Origin: Thermoanaerobaculia bacterium
Lineage (GTDB): Bacteria; Acidobacteriota; Thermoanaerobaculia; UBA5066
NCBI GenBank assembly: GCA_038245905.1
Contig: JBBRRY010000015.1
Location: 19,361-83,360 of the forward strand
Direction: 5' to 3'
Length of the DNA: 64,000 nucleotides
Shown: one piece after another, positions 60,748 to 64,000 of the stretch
Position numbering within the stretch: the stretch's first letter is position 1
Layout: every line of letters starts with the position of its first letter
Notes under the pieces: generated by a model
What the model saw: the letters and a program-made list of their open reading frames with translations, nothing else
Told to the model about the DNA's origin: nothing
The model's database searches: none
Made by a program: the position numbers and the translations under genes

Positions 60748-61056
60748 TCAGGCCAGCCGCTGGATCAATCCGACGAGCGCATCGGCTTCGGCCCTGCCGA
60801 GCACGCGGTCCGCGAGGGGGTAGAGAATTTGCTCTTCCTTGATGTTGTGACCGCCGAAGATGGATGCGAGCCGCGCGCGAATCTCCGACGCACCGGCACC
60901 GCCCCCGTCGAGAGCGGTCGCAATTTCCGCGAGGCAGGAACGGATCTCGACGTGCTCGGCCCGCATGACGGCCGTGGGGCCCGCCGTCGGGCCGAACCCG
61001 ACACGCGCCTCGAGGGCCGGGAAGAGGATCTCCTCCTCGAAGCGAATGTGCCGCTC
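60748..61056 (-). pseudogene. 5'-truncated hemerythrin-domain gene
   Basis: Reads ERHIRFEEEILFP...MRAEH...HNIKEEQILYP; the first His-containing helix and a proper start are missing. Confidence 0.8.
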
Positions 61057-61354
61057 GTCGCCGAAGGCGGTCGTGGCGGTCGTGGCGGTCGTGGCGGTCG
61101 TCTGCGTGCTCCTCGGCTGGGCCGCCCTTCCGCTCCTGCCAGCGCTGAAGGCCTCGCTCGGGACCGGCGCCGTCGCGCTCCTCGCCGCCGGCGGCGTCGT
61201 CTACAGCCTCGGTGCCGCCGTCTACGCACTCCGCCGCGCGGATCCCTTCCCGAGGGTTTTCGGCTACCACGAGATTTTCCACACCTTCGTCATCGTTGCC
61301 GCGGGCTGCCATTTCGCGGCCGTGGCCCGCGCGGTCGCGGCGCTCTCGGTTTGA
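61057..61354 (+). pseudogene. 5'-truncated hemolysin III (PAQR/TrhA) family gene
   Basis: Only the C-terminal part is present: LGW...GGVVYS.GA..Y....DPFP.VFGYHEIFH.FV....CHF. Confidence 0.8.
61066..61101 (+). repeat. 9-bp tandem repeat x4 (GGCGGTCGT)
   Basis: Four exact copies, encoding AVVx4, next to the truncation junction. Confidence 0.9.
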
Positions 61355-61374
61355 CGCCGATCGACGGGCGAAGC

Positions 61375-63906
61375 TCAGGGATGTTTGGGCGCCCCGCGCC
61401 CGATCCGTTCGTCGAGGTCACGCCAAGCCTCGTCGCGCTGGACCATGCCCTTCGCGAGGAACGCCCAGTGCCCGGCAAATGCGCCGCGCGCCGGGAGAGC
61501 CTTGCCGGCTTTCTTCACGTCTCCCTCGCCGGGGGCGGGTGAAGCCTGGGGCCCGAGCGCGGCGAAGGCGGCGTCGAAGAGCCGCGCCCCTTCGGCGTCG
61601 TTCCCCTTCTGCCGCGAGGCGAGGTAGCCGAGGAAGTAGAGCGCCTGAAAGGAGTGGGGGTTCGAGACGAGGACCTTGCGAAACGTCCGCTCGGCGCCTG
61701 CGGCGTCTCCCGTCGCGAGAGCGACTTCGCCCGTGCGCACGACCCACCCCGTCTCCTCCGTGTAGATGCCGCCTGCCGCCTCGTAGTTCTTCCGCGCCGC
61801 CGCAAGGTCCCGGAGCGCACCGGAGGCAGGGTCCGCGAGGAGGTCTCCGAGCGCGCCGTGCCCTCTCTGGCTCCGCGGCTGGATCTTCAGGAGCGCCTCG
61901 AATTCGACCTTCGCCCCCGTGCGGTCGCCCTGTTCGAGGAGGAGGTTTCCGAGCGCGTACCGGCAGTCCTCGTGCCGCGGGTCGATCTCGAGCGCCTTGC
62001 GATATGCGGCGGTCGACGCTGCGGCGTCGCCCTTCGCGAACGCGGATCGCGCCGCGTTGTAGGCGTCCCAGAACGCGAGCGTCTTCGCGCGTGTGTCCGG
62101 CAGGACTCGCGGCGCCGCCTCCCCCTCGACGAGGAGGTACGCGCGGCCGGCCGCGAGGTCGCGGAACGTCGCGGTCGCGCCCGACGGCCAGCGGACGGTC
62201 AGGAGGTCGACTTTCGACCCGCTTCCGAGCCCGAAGATCGCCTCGGGCGCGTTCTGCGACAGGTACGAAGAGCCCGCGCCGATCTCGCGAATCTGGCGTT
62301 TGCCTCCCGCCTCGAGGACGAGCTTCGTCCCGAACGCCGAGCGGTTCGACTTCCGGCCCTCGCATCGGATTGCGATCCGGTGGTTCGGCGGGCCGCCTTC
62401 GGCCTTGAGGAGGACGAGCTTGCCACCGTTCACGACGACGGCGATCTCCTCCCGCAGGTCTCCGTCCACGTCCGCGATCGCGAGCCCCCGCCCGACGCGG
62501 GGCACCGTCAGGTCCGCGCCCGAGAGGGGAGCCACGTCGACGAAGCCCTTCTCGCCGAGATTCCGGAAGAGGCGCATCGGCATCGGGACGAGCTTGCGAG
62601 GATCGGAGGTCTCCTCGAACGTGGAGCCGTTCGCGACGACGAGGTCGGGCAGCCCGTCGCCGTCCACGTCGAGAAAGGCCGTCCCCCACGCGATGTCGTC
62701 CGTGGAGACCGGGCCGAGGCCGGTGCGTTCGGCGGCGTCCTCGAAGTCGAGCGTCCGGCTCTTCCCGCCGCCGAGCTTGTTCAGATAGAGCGCGTTCGCC
62801 TCGGCGATCCAGTGTGTGACGAACAGGTCGAGCGCCCCGTCCCCGTTCGCGTCGCCGACGGCGATCCCCATCGCACCCCGGTAATCCGCCACGTGCGCCT
62901 CGTGCCCGCGGTCGGAGAACAGGCCGTTTCCCTCGTTCACGAAGAGCGCGCCCTCCGAGACGTCGTTCGCGACGTAGAGGTCGGGCTTCCCGTCGTCGTT
63001 GAGGTCGGCGAACGTCGCCGAGAGACTCCGCCCCTCGGCGTTCGCGATCCCGGCCTCGACGGCCATCTCCCGGAAGCGGCCCTTCCCCTCGTTGTGGAAG
63101 TAGAGGTTCGGGACCGGCGGGTACGAAGAAGGGTTGATCGTGAACGGGCTCGTCGCGTGCCCGTCCTTCGAGGTCTTCCCCGCGTCCTTCGGGTCGAACC
63201 GGTAGTCGACGTACGCGCAAACATAGAGGTCGAGAAGGCCGTCTCCGTCCGCATCGCCCCAGACCGCGCCCGTGAAGAAGCCCTTGTGCCCACCCACGCC
63301 CGAGCGCTTCGTGACGTCCTCGAACGTGCCGTCGCCCCGGTTGTGGAAGAGACGGATTCCGCCGTACGACGTCACGACGAGGTCCGGATACCCGTCGTTG
63401 TCGAAGTCGCCCCACGCGGCTCCCATGAACGTCCCCTTCAGGTCGCCGAGGCCCGCCTCGACGGTCACGTCGGTGAACGTACCCCCGTCGTTGCGGTAGA
63501 GGCGGCAGCCCCCTTTCGCGGCGCGCACGTCGTCGGGCGTCATCGTCAGGGGCCCGATCGTGTCGACCACGAAGAGGTCCCAGTCGCCGTCGCCGTCGTA
63601 GTCGGCGAAGGCGCAGCCCGAGCCCATGTCCTCGGGCAGCTGCGTCGAGCGCGCCCCTGCCGAGAAGTGCGAAAAGTCGATCCCGCGGCTCCCGGCCACG
63701 TCCCGAAACACGACGCCCCAGCCCGCGCCCGAGGCGTCCTTCTTGAGAACGTCCGTGATTCCCTCCACCGCGGCCCCCGGCGTGTACGGGGCGTCGTCCC
63801 CTTTCCGCGTGAGCCACAGGATCGCGCAGGCGACGAGCGCGGCGACTCCGGCGGCCATCAGGACGCGCCGGTGGGTCCAGCGTTTCAGGGCGGGTCGGGG
63901 CGCCAC
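61375..63906 (-). CDS. CRTAC1-like FG-GAP repeat + ASPIC/UnbV + TPR protein
   Basis: DYDGDGD.DL repeats, GSSYLSQN...FGLG, VRWPSG and C-terminal TPRs; N-terminal TM. Confidence 0.9.
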   Translation of the reverse strand: MAPRPALKRWTHRRVLMAAGVAALVACAILWLTRKGDDAPYTPGAAVEGITDVLKKDASGAGWGVVFRDVAGSRGIDFSHFSAGARSTQLPEDMGSGCAFADYDGDGDWDLFVVDTIGPLTMTPDDVRAAKGGCRLYRNDGGTFTDVTVEAGLGDLKGTFMGAAWGDFDNDGYPDLVVTSYGGIRLFHNRGDGTFEDVTKRSGVGGHKGFFTGAVWGDADGDGLLDLYVCAYVDYRFDPKDAGKTSKDGHATSPFTINPSSYPPVPNLYFHNEGKGRFREMAVEAGIANAEGRSLSATFADLNDDGKPDLYVANDVSEGALFVNEGNGLFSDRGHEAHVADYRGAMGIAVGDANGDGALDLFVTHWIAEANALYLNKLGGGKSRTLDFEDAAERTGLGPVSTDDIAWGTAFLDVDGDGLPDLVVANGSTFEETSDPRKLVPMPMRLFRNLGEKGFVDVAPLSGADLTVPRVGRGLAIADVDGDLREEIAVVVNGGKLVLLKAEGGPPNHRIAIRCEGRKSNRSAFGTKLVLEAGGKRQIREIGAGSSYLSQNAPEAIFGLGSGSKVDLLTVRWPSGATATFRDLAAGRAYLLVEGEAAPRVLPDTRAKTLAFWDAYNAARSAFAKGDAAASTAAYRKALEIDPRHEDCRYALGNLLLEQGDRTGAKVEFEALLKIQPRSQRGHGALGDLLADPASGALRDLAAARKNYEAAGGIYTEETGWVVRTGEVALATGDAAGAERTFRKVLVSNPHSFQALYFLGYLASRQKGNDAEGARLFDAAFAALGPQASPAPGEGDVKKAGKALPARGAFAGHWAFLAKGMVQRDEAWRDLDERIGRGAPKHP

Positions 63907-63907
63907 G

Positions 63908-64000
63908 TCAGTCGACGATCTCGACCGTCGCCCGGGCCTGGGCGAGGTCCGTGATGGGTGCCGAAAGGCCTTTGCCCGGGAAGAGGAAATCGACGAGGTA
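63908..64000 (-). CDS. C-terminal end (partial) of an upstream gene, product unknown
   Basis: Open frame YLVDFLFPGKGLSAPITDLAQARATVEIVD* ending 1 nt before the next start. Confidence 0.55.
   Translation of the reverse strand, partial: YLVDFLFPGKGLSAPITDLAQARATVEIVD

Overview
Very GC-rich bacterial window, probably Acidobacteriota (Thermoanaerobaculia-like) judging from gene content; this is inference. From left to right: (1) 1-5.9 kb, the end of a peptide export/processing locus with three HlyD-type adaptor domains, one fused to a PqqD/RRE-like domain and an M50 metalloprotease, a convergent 134-aa Ala/Arg-rich protein built from 11-aa tandem repeats, a sigma-54 promoter with candidate IHF and enhancer sites, and a PrsK/PrsR-like two-component pair whose kinase has no sensor domain; (2) housekeeping and accessory genes (aminotransferase, S9 peptidase, dps, ettA, VOC, three-subunit xanthine-dehydrogenase-family enzyme); (3) a peptidoglycan-recycling cluster with two unusual beta-lactamase-fold fusions, a Tat-exported dipeptide epimerase, nagA, murQ and a sugar kinase; (4) CoA-transferase, GT39-TPR, TonB-dependent receptor, Ser/Thr kinase-TPR-beta-barrel operon, APC permease, parE/gyrB-like gene, TrmJ-like methylase and a radical SAM enzyme; (5) a clade II nitrous-oxide reductase operon (nosZ-B-D-F-L-Y) headed by a GltD-like Fe-S flavoprotein, a Rieske protein, cytochrome b and a pentaheme cytochrome c; (6) a deletion scar joining hemerythrin and hemolysin-III fragments, and an FG-GAP/ASPIC-TPR gene. 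DNA-level patterns: a recurrent AT-rich motif (CTTWGAARG) in convergent pairs inside coding sequences, repeated -10 box + 6 nt + start-codon (leaderless) arrangements, apparent non-ATG starts, and a shared Crp/Fnr-like palindrome flanking the nos region. No rRNA, tRNA, CRISPR array or transposase was recognised.
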